Positions 48,851 through 61,049 of a stretch of DNA of 64,000 nucleotides are shown here, one piece after another. The notes under the pieces are model-generated. The model saw only the letters and a program-made list of their open reading frames with translations. It made no database searches and was not told the origin of the DNA. Numbering within the stretch: position 1 is the first letter of the stretch; each line of letters begins with the position of its first letter. This stretch comes from Antechinus flavipes (taxonomy: Eukaryota), in assembly GCF_016432865.1 (NCBI RefSeq), contig NC_067400.1:262136001-262200000 (forward strand). Reading direction: 5' to 3'. A program made the position numbers and the translations under genes.

Positions 48851-51800
48851 CCCTTATCACAAAGGGTATGAATAATTTTGAAATGAAATATGAAAAATGT
48901 ATTCCATAATTTAGTTCTTTTCTCAATCTGGCTAATAGGGATTAATAAAGAAAGAACAATTGACTGGTCTTTTTATTGTCATTGTTACTGTTGCTGATCT
49001 TATGTGCAGTATTTATTCTGCATTTCTATTGTTTAGAGTGTTTAAGAAGCAAATAATCTCATTCTGGTTTTCTTTTTAACTGTCTTGAACTTTTTTTTAT
49101 CACTGACTGTCCATTTTTTGTCCTATATGATTATATTCAAATTTGCAGAATTAATCATCCTTTGGCTGCATACTGAGCTCTACTGCTCTTTACCTATGAT
49201 GGCTTGTCCTAGTAATGTGTCCCACTTCCTTTTTTCCTCAGAATCTGGCCTCATATAGCAGTTCAGAGCCTATTTTCTCCAGCATCAGCAATCCAGAGCT
49301 TTGCAGCACTGCTTCTTCTGGGCTGCAGCCCTCAACAGACTTTTTGCTCCTGACGAGCTGGGAAGAAGTTGGCTGTCAAGGCCTGAGCAAACTTCTGCGG
49401 CCTCCACAGCCCTGGAAAGTGGAAAGGACAAATTGGACTATAGGAAGAGGTTTTGATATGGGCCTATGTCATACCCTTAAGTCTGATAGTTCACTCGTGT
49501 TGTTACTACCATGGGAGGTGGGAAAGGGTTGCAAGGCAAAGTCAGGGTCAGTAAACATGAATCTCTGTGATTTTTAAAAACTTTCATTTATATTTTGGAT
49601 GTCCTAGATCATGAAAATAGCTGAAGCTGCTATTTTAGCACACGATTTCTGTTTTGAAGAGATTTGAAAGATTGTGAGGATTGGAGAAAATGTCTAGTTT
49701 GCTATCTTATTTCTCCTGAGACTTAGAACATAAAGAATAACTGAAATAATGGAATTTTGATATGTTCACCTGGATACTTTGACATTACTACATACAGTCT
49801 TAGTTTTCTTATTTTGAGGGGCTTCATCATCCCAGTTTCACTTCAGTATTTAAAATCAAGGTTATTTGGTTTGTTTGTTTTTCAACCAATGTCAAAGCTT
49901 AATTTTTTGATCCCAGGACATACTATACCATGAGCCTCACAGCCTGTCCAGGACCATAATTTTTTAAAACTCAGGATGAGATTTTAAGGTGCTCCATTTG
50001 AACACACCATTCTATTCCATCTATATAATCTCACTTATCATGAATTTAAAATGTATAATTTAATTCTTTGTAGTGTCACATCAAGATCAATCAGAGAATG
50101 CCAGGGCTGAGAACCAGAATGAGTATTAAGTTTGAGTTACTTCTGAGTTCCTGCTGACTTTGGAAAACACAAAGAAATTCTGTCCCCTGGGGCAAGAAGA
50201 CGACCAGAGACTTGACCTTGAGGTCAATGGAGAGTGAAGGAGACTGGAACTAGAACAGCATCCCAGCTGGGGTCTTTATGCTGAACTTTTCCATTGTGGG
50301 TTGAGCTGTATGCCGGCCAGCTGACAGCTCCCCGTGACCAGGGTGCCAAAGAGAGCCCTAAGAGCCTGGGATACTGTGATGAAAGAGCCCAGAGTTGGAC
50401 AGTGCCCAGCTGACATACAGAAATGGCATTTAGTTGGAGAGACTGACTTAGAGATTCCCTCTGCCATCTGTGCTCCCTTGGGAATGAGGATTCATTCACA
50501 CATACCTGCCTTTTTTCTATTCCCTGCATTTACCCATTCCCCAGCAAAGAGTTGGGGGGAGCTAGCCAAGTCAGTTTTTCTTCTCTTCTCCATCTTTTCG
50601 CCTTGAAACCATGTTTAAAGCTGTTGTCTTTTTAAATAGCTTTGTTTAACATTTTCTTGGTAAATGTCTGACATTATACTAAAAGCCGGCTAACTATTCA
50701 TATTTGTGCCAGCTCCATTTATGTGAATGTGAGTAGTGAGACTGGGTAAGAAAACAGAACCAGGTCAAAATGAAAGCAAGATTTAAATTCTTATTTCTAG
50801 TATGGATTTTGCCAGTATAAACTGCCTGGTCACTTGGGCCATACATTTAACTAACTTTAGAATGCTTTTGAGGGAGAGAAAGAACAATTTTCTGAACCAT
50901 ATTCTCCTGAGATATGAACCAGAAAGAGAAAGATAAATCTTCAAGATGGTTAATCAAGAAAGCATGACAAGAGGGGCCATTTTGTAACACTGTTGTCCAT
51001 AACTTAAGGGTTACTTTTCATGAAATAAGGTAGAGAGTAAGTCTTCAGGGAAAAAAGTTGGGAGGAAGTTTTTTCTCTACCCAAGCTAAGAAGTGATTAT
51101 CCTACCTTGCTGGACAGCACCTCTTGGTAGAATGGGGACGGGGACTAGATCTGTGATTTTACCCCACCTGAGAATTCCAAGTGAGTAATTTCCTCAAACA
51201 ATAGAATTTTGCCCTTTATAACTTTAAATTTTAGAGACATACTTAGAGCAGGAAGAGGCTAAATCACATGCCCAGGATCATCCAGCTAGTATTTGTCAGA
51301 AATGGCTTTGAACTTTTTCCTGATTTTTCAGGCCAGCTCTCTAATCATTATAACAGAGGTGTCTGATTAAGGAGTCAGATTAAAATGTAATTGGTAAATG
51401 ATCAGCAACAATAAATAAAAATGTAACACAATACAGATAATGATAATTTGTGGTTTTCTAAATCAATAAATGTCCTTAAGGAACCCCTTGCTATTTGAGT
51501 TTGATATCACTACAGCACTCATAGTTGTAGCTATGAATTTGCAACTGATTTTTTTTTTCTTTAATGGATTATATCTTAAATTGTCCTCTATTTTGCAGCC
51601 TCATAACTCTTATGTTGTTTGCCCTGAGAGTAATATTAGCCCATTGACATTTTGATTTTTCATTACTTTTCAGTAAATCAAATGGATACAAACAATTCCT
51701 AAACTGACCGATTCACTTTGCAAATCCTTTTCCCAATCCTGAAAAAGTCACTTTGTGATGAATAGAACCTGGACTACTTAAAGCCACAAATCTGTGTCTT

Positions 51801-51871
51801 TGAAAAAGCCTCTGTCAGCCAGTATGTTATTGATATTATTTTTGTCTTCTGTTTGTTTAAAACTTCTGTAA

Positions 51872-51874
<3 letters not shown>

Positions 51875-51919
<45 letters not shown>
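51875..51919. repeat. (TG)n microsatellite
   Basis: Direct reading. Confidence 0.95.
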
Positions 51920-51921
<2 letters not shown>

Positions 51922-54900
51922 GGGGTGTGTTTATAAAGAATAAGAGGGAGAATGAGAGGGAGAGGAAAGAGAAATGTGAGCTTTCCTTCCTAAAGACAAT
52001 TTTTTTCTCTCTAATTTGTTTCTGCTCTCTCTACAATTTGTAGAGTACTGGGACTAACTCACTACTCACCTTTTGAGGATCTATAAATAGCCAGAAAAAG
52101 CTATGTGGTGATTTCGTCTATAATCCTTCCTGAAAATTTTCCTGATTATATGGTGCTTTTGCCCCTTTCCACAAACAGGTGATTCAAGGACTTGGCACTG
52201 AGGAAACATATTAATAAAGGAAGCCTCAGACTAGAAGCCCTTGATGTGTAAAGACAACAAAAAGCTTCCTCTGTGTTCTACAAGAAGCTTGTTCTCCACC
52301 TGATAGACTTCATCCAGGTAGTACTTTCTGTACTTATGTTCAAGTATGAATTATACATTAGCCTTAGTTTTTCTCTCAGTGGCAACAGGGTAGGAACAGC
52401 AGAGAGGCTAATATCCCTGAACTGCAAGGTTCAAGAAGGGGAGTAATGTATAAGAAGACTGGAAAGGTAGGAAGAGGGCCAAGCTAATTTTGACATATAC
52501 TTTTTTGTAACCAGGTCAATTCACTTAATCTCCAAGTCCTCCAAAATACTCTCTAAGAGTATAAGTTGTCAGCCTGCAATAGAATATTATGATTCATTTT
52601 TTTTCCTTCCTGTAGTTTTAACTAGGGTCACCCAAGAACATGTACTGAGGGGGCTAACATATGGAGAAGTAAAGCCAGCCTAGAGGAGGAGCAAGAAGCA
52701 TAGTTCCATGGAAGGAGTGCTGGTAGATCTGTGTTAGAATAATGGCTTATCCACAACATATGTAGTTTTAGCAAAGTTGCATACCCTTGACCTTTAAGCA
52801 GTAGATAAAAGTTTAACTATGGACTCTTCAAGAAGAAAAAAAAATACATGATATACTTTTAAATTTAACATGCCTTATTAGCATGATCTCATCACTTTCT
52901 AAAGTCTAGCCAATTAACCAAACAATAAATCAAACCCTAATTATTAAAGTTCATTGATTTCTGATATGCAAATGCTCACATTGTAAATTTAACAGCTTTT
53001 CCCATTCCCATTTCCATTCTGAACTGGCTCTAGTACATCCCTGGCCTGGAAGTCTATTTCTAGCTCCAAATCTAAGATTCAAGAAGGAGTAATATGGTTT
53101 GGAATTTTCAGGGCTCTTGGAAGTTGGCAGCTAAGAAAATTGCTTCAATCTTACTCCTAGTCTTTTTCATCACTTTTGGCCCTTCTCAGAAAAATCACAA
53201 AGAGGCTACATGGCAGAGCATAAAGACCAATGAGTTTGGAATAAGTAGACCCTTCTTCAAATGTTAGCTATACCATATTATGACCTTGTGTCCTTGGCTA
53301 AGTGAACTTTTCCATGCTTCAGATCCTCACCTGAACAAGGTAGAGGTTGGATTAGGGATAGGAATAAATTAAATAGCCTTTCAGGTGCCCTCCAATTCTA
53401 AATCTGTAATGCTTTTTAATAACTAGTATAAACTAATAATTTAATAATAATAAGCTGTCCACTGAGGAACTTTCTTGCTCTGGTCTTACACATTCAGTGA
53501 CCAGGTTAAATTGAGAGGGGAGGAGGGGGGAGAATAAATCTCTAATGAGATGGATTGGACTCTTTTTCTCACTTTCTTTGTTTCTTTGCCTCTCCACTCC
53601 CAGAATGCCTGGGAAAATTCCTAACGTTTAAATGTGGCTCATTTTTAAGGTCTCTATCAAAAGAAAAAAGGTACTTAATGTATAATACAGACCAGATTTT
53701 GAAAAGGTATTTTTTGCTTCAAACAAAGGTCCTGCTAAATACCAAATGGCTCACAAATGTTCCCAGAATCTTAAAACAAGATACAGTAATTTGAAACTAC
53801 CAATATGCTTTCCTTGTATACGGATACTTAAAACATGAAGACATAATGCAGTTTGCAGGATTATTGAATGGGAAGTTTGTATTTTTCTGTGCTTTCTAAT
53901 CCCATAGTTCCCTCTAGGTAGATCTTTGTCTTCTGTCAAATCAAACTAGTCTCCTTTAATACACAATTTTCTCTATGGAAACTGCCTTTTTTTGCTGATC
54001 AGCTTCAACAGAGGAGTCCAGGATCTCTGATCTCTTAAATTCAAAAGGGTTCCTCCAAGTATGGATATATCCATCCTGGGATCGATAGTTTATTTTCTAC
54101 CCTCACGGAAAAAAACATAATGCAGAAAAGGCAGCCAGGGACTCACAGACCAGTTTCAAGCTTGTCTAAGCCCAAACATATGGTTTGATTACTACACATT
54201 ATTTTTTCTCACAGGATAGGGAAAAGGACACCTCTCTTCCCTCATCATTTCATGAAAAGACTACAAAGGAGAGCTGCTTGTCACATGGGAGAGTCAAAGA
54301 AAGGGAATGAAATAGAATCCTTTTCTCCATTTCAAACAGATGGAGCCCCTCCCTCTATTGCTGTCACAAGGCTAAAGATCATAGATTTAGATCATGAGGG
54401 GACTTTAGAATCCATTCACATCACTCCCTAGGAGGAAACTGGAAGTGAGAGAGGTTAAGTAACTTGACCAGAATCACAATTATTAAGTCGGATCCTCAGC
54501 GCTCCATCTATTGAACCACCCCTACCTGCTTAAATCTGTAGCATCATGTTTCCCTGGGGAGGGGTGGGGATCTTCCATCCAAGAACTAACCAGACCTTAT
54601 TTTGCTCCTGAGAGCAAGTGAGTTCTGAGATTGGGTGCTTTCAGGGTGGAATAGCCTTTGATAACCCATCATGGAATTGCTCTTCCAAATTTGGATCCTT
54701 TACCGTGGAACCAGCACACGTGGTTGGCTGGAAGCAGACAGTTGGAAGCATACTACATGGGATACAAGCCCATCAATACACAGAAAGTTCTCCCCTGTTA
54801 ATTCTGTACCTATAGTTCCATCCTTAACACAGTGGCAAAGTTGGAATTGCCAGGTTGATTAAAAAGAAGTAGTCAGTGTGATTAGTCATGAAAGAAGCTC

Positions 54901-55149
54901 AAAATAATTTAATCTAACAATGATTATTACTCAGCCTTTGTTACCTAAAGCCAGATATGTTACATTTCACCTCTGTTCCAGGATGAGTAGGGACAGGAGG
55001 ATCTCTAGATTCTCTACCACTGGCAATAAACATGAATAGTGTTCCCCTGGTTTTAAGAATCCTCTGCAACCCCGGCCAATTAACCATTTAACAGTGTGGC
55101 TAGCTCTTACAAAGGAACATTTGCTTCAAAAGCATTGCATTCACCCTTT

Positions 55150-58100
55150 TCGCTTTTGAGATGAGTGATTTGGTTTTCTTTCTTTCTTTCTTTAACCAAT
55201 GGTTTATCTAATTTATTGGTTTTTTTCTTTTTTTCAATAAAACCAGGCCCTAGTTTCATTTATTTGTTTAGTGATTTGTTTTACTTAAAATTTAATCTTT
55301 TCTTTGATTTTTCAGAATTTCTATTTTGGTATTTAATTGGATATTTAAAATATGTTCTTTTTCTGGTTTCTGCTAGTTCCTTGTTAAATTTATTAATCTG
55401 CTCTTTCTCTTTTTTTTTGATGTGAAAATTTTAAGATACAAATATTTCCCTATGTACTATTTGCCTGCATTTTACAAATTTTTATATATTTTCTCATGGT
55501 TTTTATTATCTTTAATACAATTATTGATTATTTATGTGTTGGTATTTCTATGGATCTTTGAGCCACTTATTCTTTAGTTTACTTAATTTCCATTTTTTAT
55601 AAGAATGAGATTTTTATTACAAAAAGTGCATTTAACATTTCTACTTTTCTACATTTGTGCAGTTTTTATGTTCTATGGTCAATTTTTTGTGAAAGCACTA
55701 TGTATATCTGAGAAAAATGCTCCTTTCTATTATTGCGTTTTAATATTCTCCAGAAGTTTATCATATCTTACTTTTCTAATTTATTTCCTTAATTTCTGTC
55801 ATTTATTTTAAGGTTAGATTTGTCTATCTCTTTAATGGGATAAAGTAAAGTCTTCCACTAGTATAGTTTTACTGTTTATTTTTTCCTGTAATTCATTAAT
55901 TTTTCATTCAAGAAATTGGATGCTATGCCACTGGAGTATTGATATTACTTCATTATCTATGGTACTTTTTAGCAAAATGTAGTTTCTCTAACCATCTCTT
56001 TTAATTAGGTCAATTTTTGCTTTTGTTTTATCTGAGATCATGATTGCTCACTTTTCATTTTTTAAAATCTTCATCTGAACCTTGATTCTGCTCCAGACCT
56101 TTATCTGAACTATGTGTGTCTTTGTGCTTCAAATGTGTCTCCTATAAACAATATATTGTTAGATTCTGTTTTATGGGTGAGTTCAAACCAAACACTTCAG
56201 TTATCATTGTCTGTTGTGCATTTACTTTGATCCTATTCTCTTCTAGTTAATTTTCTCTTAAAAAACAAAACAAAACTGTCCTCTTCTCAAAAATCTGTTT
56301 AACTACTAACCAGTGCTCCCTGTAATTTACCCTCTTTCTTACTACCACTCCTTTTCTTTTAACCTCTTCCTCTTCCTCTTTCCCTATTGAGCAATATGAC
56401 TTTCTATACTTAGCTTCCCTTTTTCAAACATTTCAGATGAGAGTGATGTTTAAGTGTTGCTTGCCATCCACATTTCCCCCCTCCATTTAAAAAGTTTTCC
56501 TTACATACCTCTCTTATGTGAGATAATTACCCTCATTCTTCCTCTCTTTTCCCTCGTCTCCTAGTATTTTCCTCTTTCTTATCTTTCCATTATTTTGAGA
56601 TCATCCCAATTTAACAAACTCAGACTCATGTTCTCTGTGTAGTTGACTCCTTCTAACTACTGTAATAATGATAAAGTTCTTAGGAGTTATATGTAACATT
56701 TTTCCATATAGGAATATAAGCAGATTTCTCATTCATGTTTACCTTTTTTTACAATACTCCTGAGGCTTGTGTTCAAATGTCAAATTTTCTATTCAGCTGT
56801 GTTTTTTTTATTGGGAATTCTTGAAAGTCCATTATTTTATTAATTATCCTTTTTTTCTTTTGGATTTTGTTGAATATGTTATTCTTGATAATTCCAACTC
56901 CTTTGCCTTCTGGAATATCACATTCCAAATCTTCCACTCTTTTAACATGAAAGCTACAAAATCTTGTTTGATCCTGACTTTGGTTCCACAATATTTGAAT
57001 TCTTTCTGAATGTCTTCTTGACCTAGGAGCCCTGGAATTTGGATATAATATTTCTGTGAGTTTCCAACTAGGGATTTCTTTAATGATATGATCTGTGAAT
57101 TCTTTCAATGTCTTCTTTGTCCACTGGTTCTGTGATATCTGGGCATTTTCCTTTATAATTTCTTGAAATATCATGTCTAAATTCCTTTTTTTTTTAATTG
57201 CAGCTTTCAGGTACAAATTATCTTTCCTTGATCTATTTTCCAGGTTAATTATTTTCCACATTTTTTCTTTTTTTTTCTTTTTGACTTTGCTCTATTGTTC
57301 CTTGAAGTCTCATGGGTTCAATAATTTCCATTTGACCAATACTAATTTTTAAGTAGTTATTTTCTTTAGTGAGATTTTCTACTTTTTTTTTTTACTAAGT
57401 TGATAATTCTCTTCATATTTTTCCCATTTCTCTAATTTCTTTTCCCAATTTTTCCTCTACTTTTCTTATTTAGTTTTGAATATATATATATATATAACTT
57501 TTAAAAAACCTCTTTCTTTAGTTCATCTAGGAATCCTTGTTGGGCTTATAGCTAATCTTCATTTTTCTTTGAAGTTTTGTTCATAGATGTTTTTAAGCCA
57601 TTGTCTTCTTCCTGTGATTTGATCTTCCCTGTAATCATATTGAAAGTCTTTTTGTTTGCTTATTTTTGTAGCCCATTTTTTGACTTTGGACTTAGAAATG
57701 GGCTATGTATACTTGTGGGCAGGATGGTCAGCCTGATCTTCAGTAGTTCTATCTGGGCAACTGTAAATTTTCAGTATTTTCAAAATAGTATTACCTAGGG
57801 AGAGATTTAGTCACTGCCGTCCTACTCTGCACTCTGATTTTTATATTTGTAGGAACTCGTGTGTGGGAGAATCTCTTGCTTCCATGTGACTCTGATGACT
57901 CTCTGTCCTGAAATTGTGACCTAGTACTGGGTAAATACGCTATAAATACCAAATGATGCCAGATCCTGTGCCCAGTGCTAGTTCAAGGGCTCCTTAGAAT
58001 TTTTATGGTCATCTTCTCATCTCTGTGCATACCTAATATTCCACCACAATTAATTCCATAGCCCTCAGCCAGGACTTCCCACTGCAACTCCACATGCTGT

Positions 58101-58290
58101 CCTTCTGGCCAACCCCTACCCCAGGCCTCTAAACTGCCCTGATCTGGACTGATGACTTACTTTAACTTTCTGTGACTTTTCCTCTCAAACTTCATTCTAT
58201 GGTTATTTTGTAAGAGTGATTTTGGGAGAAGTTTGGCAGTTGTGACCCTTCACACTGCCATCTTGACTTAACCTTTTCCTTCAAAAATAT
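55150..58290 (-). mobile_element. Old L1 5' half (EN, ORF1, 5'UTR), decayed
   Basis: ORF 56773-57261 (NLENRSRKDNL..IIKEN) is an ORF1 remnant. Confidence 0.85.
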
Positions 58291-59385
58291 AGCTAGAATA
58301 AACATACAGACATTCCCCCTAATCCAGGAAACATGAACCCTATGTCCATGCTATCTCTAGGGAGGGAAGGGGATTGAGCTCACAATTTACCTCACTTTCC
58401 ATATGGCATAATCCCACCAAGTTCCAAAGCTCCCATGTCCCATCTTCCTCTTCCCTCCACCTCATCTCTCCAAAGTTCAGGAGCCTCTGGCTTCTCAGGG
58501 CTTTCCTGATGAGCTGGTGGACTACACATCCAGCCTGGGATTCTGGCTCTATTGTTGTCATGGCTTAAGTTCAGGACTGGTGGGGATTCCATCACAGGTA
58601 CTTAGAACCAGAAAGGAGAAACCAAACCAAACCAAACCCTAAACCTATTTCTCAGAGCACAGGATAAAAGAGAAAAAAGGTTGGTTTGGTTTATGGTGTG
58701 TAGGAGAAAATCAAGAGTGTTCTTATCTTGTACTTTTAAAGATACACAATCTGTATCCAGTCAAGTGGTCACCTCTACTCATGTGGTAAAGTAATACAGA
58801 AAATCTTTTCTTAGAAGTAGATTCCCTTACCCTCTCAAAATAAAAAAAATTTTAAAAAAAACCCCAAGTCCTTGGTGTTCCTCTCATGTTTTTCTCCCTT
58901 CTAAGTGTTGTAGGGATGAATAAAATAAAATATTAACAAGATTATGTGTATTTCTGTGTGTGAGTGTATGTATTTCTCACAGGATTCCTGTTGTAGTTTA
59001 TTATTACTCTTTTTACATATTGAAAAACTGAGTCACACAGAGACCAAAAAACTTATATTGTGTCATACAATAAACTGAAGATGGGCAAAGAATAAAGACC
59101 TCTTGGTTCTGGGGTTTCATGCTCTTTCCATTCTATTTTATTCCATCTATTTTAGGCATATGCTTGTGCTTTTTCAATACTTTTGGCTTTTTGATGCAGT
59201 TTATTTAAGAAACTATTACTTTGAGACCAAATGCTTGGGATCTTAAAATTAAAAGTCATAATAAAGTCATTTTTTAAAAGGCTAGAAGTGTTTGTAAATG
59301 ATCAGGACTATTTTTGTCAAAAAACAAATACTAAATATGCATAATGTTACACATTTGAAATTTTAATAGAATTATAGTCATATAT

Positions 59386-59526
59386 NNNNNNNNNNNNNNN
59401 NNNNNNNNNNNNNNNNNNNNNNNNNNNNNNNNNNNNNNNNNNNNNNNNNNNNNNNNNNNNNNNNNNNNNNNNNNNNNNNNNNNNNNNNNNNNNNNNNNNN
59501 NNNNNNNNNNNNNNNNNNNNNNNNNN
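59386..59526. other. Assembly gap (141 N)
   Basis: Direct reading. Confidence 1.
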
Positions 59527-60206
59527 GTTTGTTAAGTGTACAATAGTATTATGTCTAAAAAATGTACATACCTTAATTTTAAAATGCTTTATTGCTAAAA
59601 AAAAATGCTCACCATCATCTGAATCTTTATATATATTGTTGATAGAAGGTCATGTCTCAGTGTTGATGACTGCTGACCGGTCAAAGTGATGGTTGCTGAA
59701 GGTTGGGATGACTATGGAACAATGTAATTTGTTGCAGTGATTTGATTTTTCCTTTCACTTGAACACTAAGAAGCCATTGTAGGGCTATTAATTGGCCTAA
59801 TTGCAATATTGTTGCATCTCAGATTAAAGGGAGGTCTGAGGAGAATTGGGGAATGGCCAGCTGGTGGAGCAGTCAAAATATCTATAATATTTATTGATTA
59901 AATTCATCATCTTATATGAGCTCAGTCCATGGCTCCCTAAAACAATTACAAGAGAAACATCAAAGATCACAAATTATACATCCCCATTACAGATACAATA
60001 ATAATAATAATAGTAAAAAATTTTGAAAGACTGAGAATTACCAAAATGTGACACAGAGACACAATGTGAACACATGCTATGGGGTAAAATAGTGTTGAGA
60101 GATTTGCTTAATGTAGGGTTGCATAAACTTCAATTTTTAAAAACACAACAAGAAAAATATCTGTGAAGTGCAATAAAGCAAAAAGCAATAAAACAAGGTA
60201 TGTCTG
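59527..60206 (-). mobile_element. Internally deleted Tigger1 derivative (Tigger1a_Mars-like DNA transposon)
   Basis: Minus begins CAGACATACCTTGTTTTATTGC next to TA. Tigger1 5' block ..GGCCAATTAATAGCCCTACAATGG jumps directly to a 3' block. Other end abuts the gap. Confidence 0.85.
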
Positions 60207-61049
60207 TATAGCAATGTACCTACATAATTTATTTGATTCATTTAACAAAGACAATTTAGAACAAGTAAAAATCATTTAACTGGTGGGAAAACTCCTTTTT
60301 TTAGAAAATAGTAAGGAATCTGTTATTATGAAAAAAGACACAAAATGAATATTTGAGACAGATTTCAGGAAGAATCAGGGCAAAGGGGATAGGAAAGGAA
60401 AGAAACTTTAAGAAATAGGAACTAAAAAAAAATATGTGTTCTTTCTTAGAAAATCAAGTAGAGAAAGCTGAGTAAGAATAGATAAAGGGAAAACAAGAAT
60501 AAGGGAAAAGAAAGATGATAAGAAAGAAAGATAATGGTAAATATTGTTATGAATAAAAAGACTCAGAAATTAGGGGCTAGAATCAGATCAAGAATAACAA
60601 TTTCAAAATAAGCAAGAGGAAATAAAGAAATGAATGAAGAAAACACTAAAGAGAAGACAGTACAGAACAATTACAGTGTTGTGTTAACAATGTCCTCTGA
60701 AAACAGAATGGGGATGGGAAAACATTAAAAAAAATGATCAGAATAATTGTCAAAGAAAACTTTAAAATGCTAAAGGCTATTAAAATTACCAACAAATACA
60801 AGTAAGTCTGTGCCTAGAAATTTAAAAGAACAAAGATTAGCATGATATGGTATTAAGTCAGCAACTTTTCAAAAGTGGTGCACCCAGGTTCCAGCCTCTT
60901 TTCTTCAGGGTTTCTGGCAAAGGAGTAAAGATTAGCTGATCACTGACTCTAGACAATGGGAGGTAGGGAAACTGCTTTATCTCTTTTCCTCAATATTTCT
61001 TAATAATAATAGATCACTAATAGCAAGCCTATAATCATACTTTAAATTA

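Noticed and set aside
49215-49577. 120-aa plus-strand ORF
   Set aside because: No recognisable domain; comparable open frames on both strands suggest a GC-composition effect.
50224-50606. Three overlapping ORFs (63-101 aa)
   Set aside because: No homology recognised; expected in a GC-richer island.
56773-57261. Longest ORF (162 aa)
   Set aside because: Decayed L1 ORF1, not a host gene.
58506-58545. CTGATGA followed by a GCTGG/CCAGC stem (hammerhead ribozyme core?)
   Set aside because: The required GAAA after stem II is absent and no stems I/III are evident.
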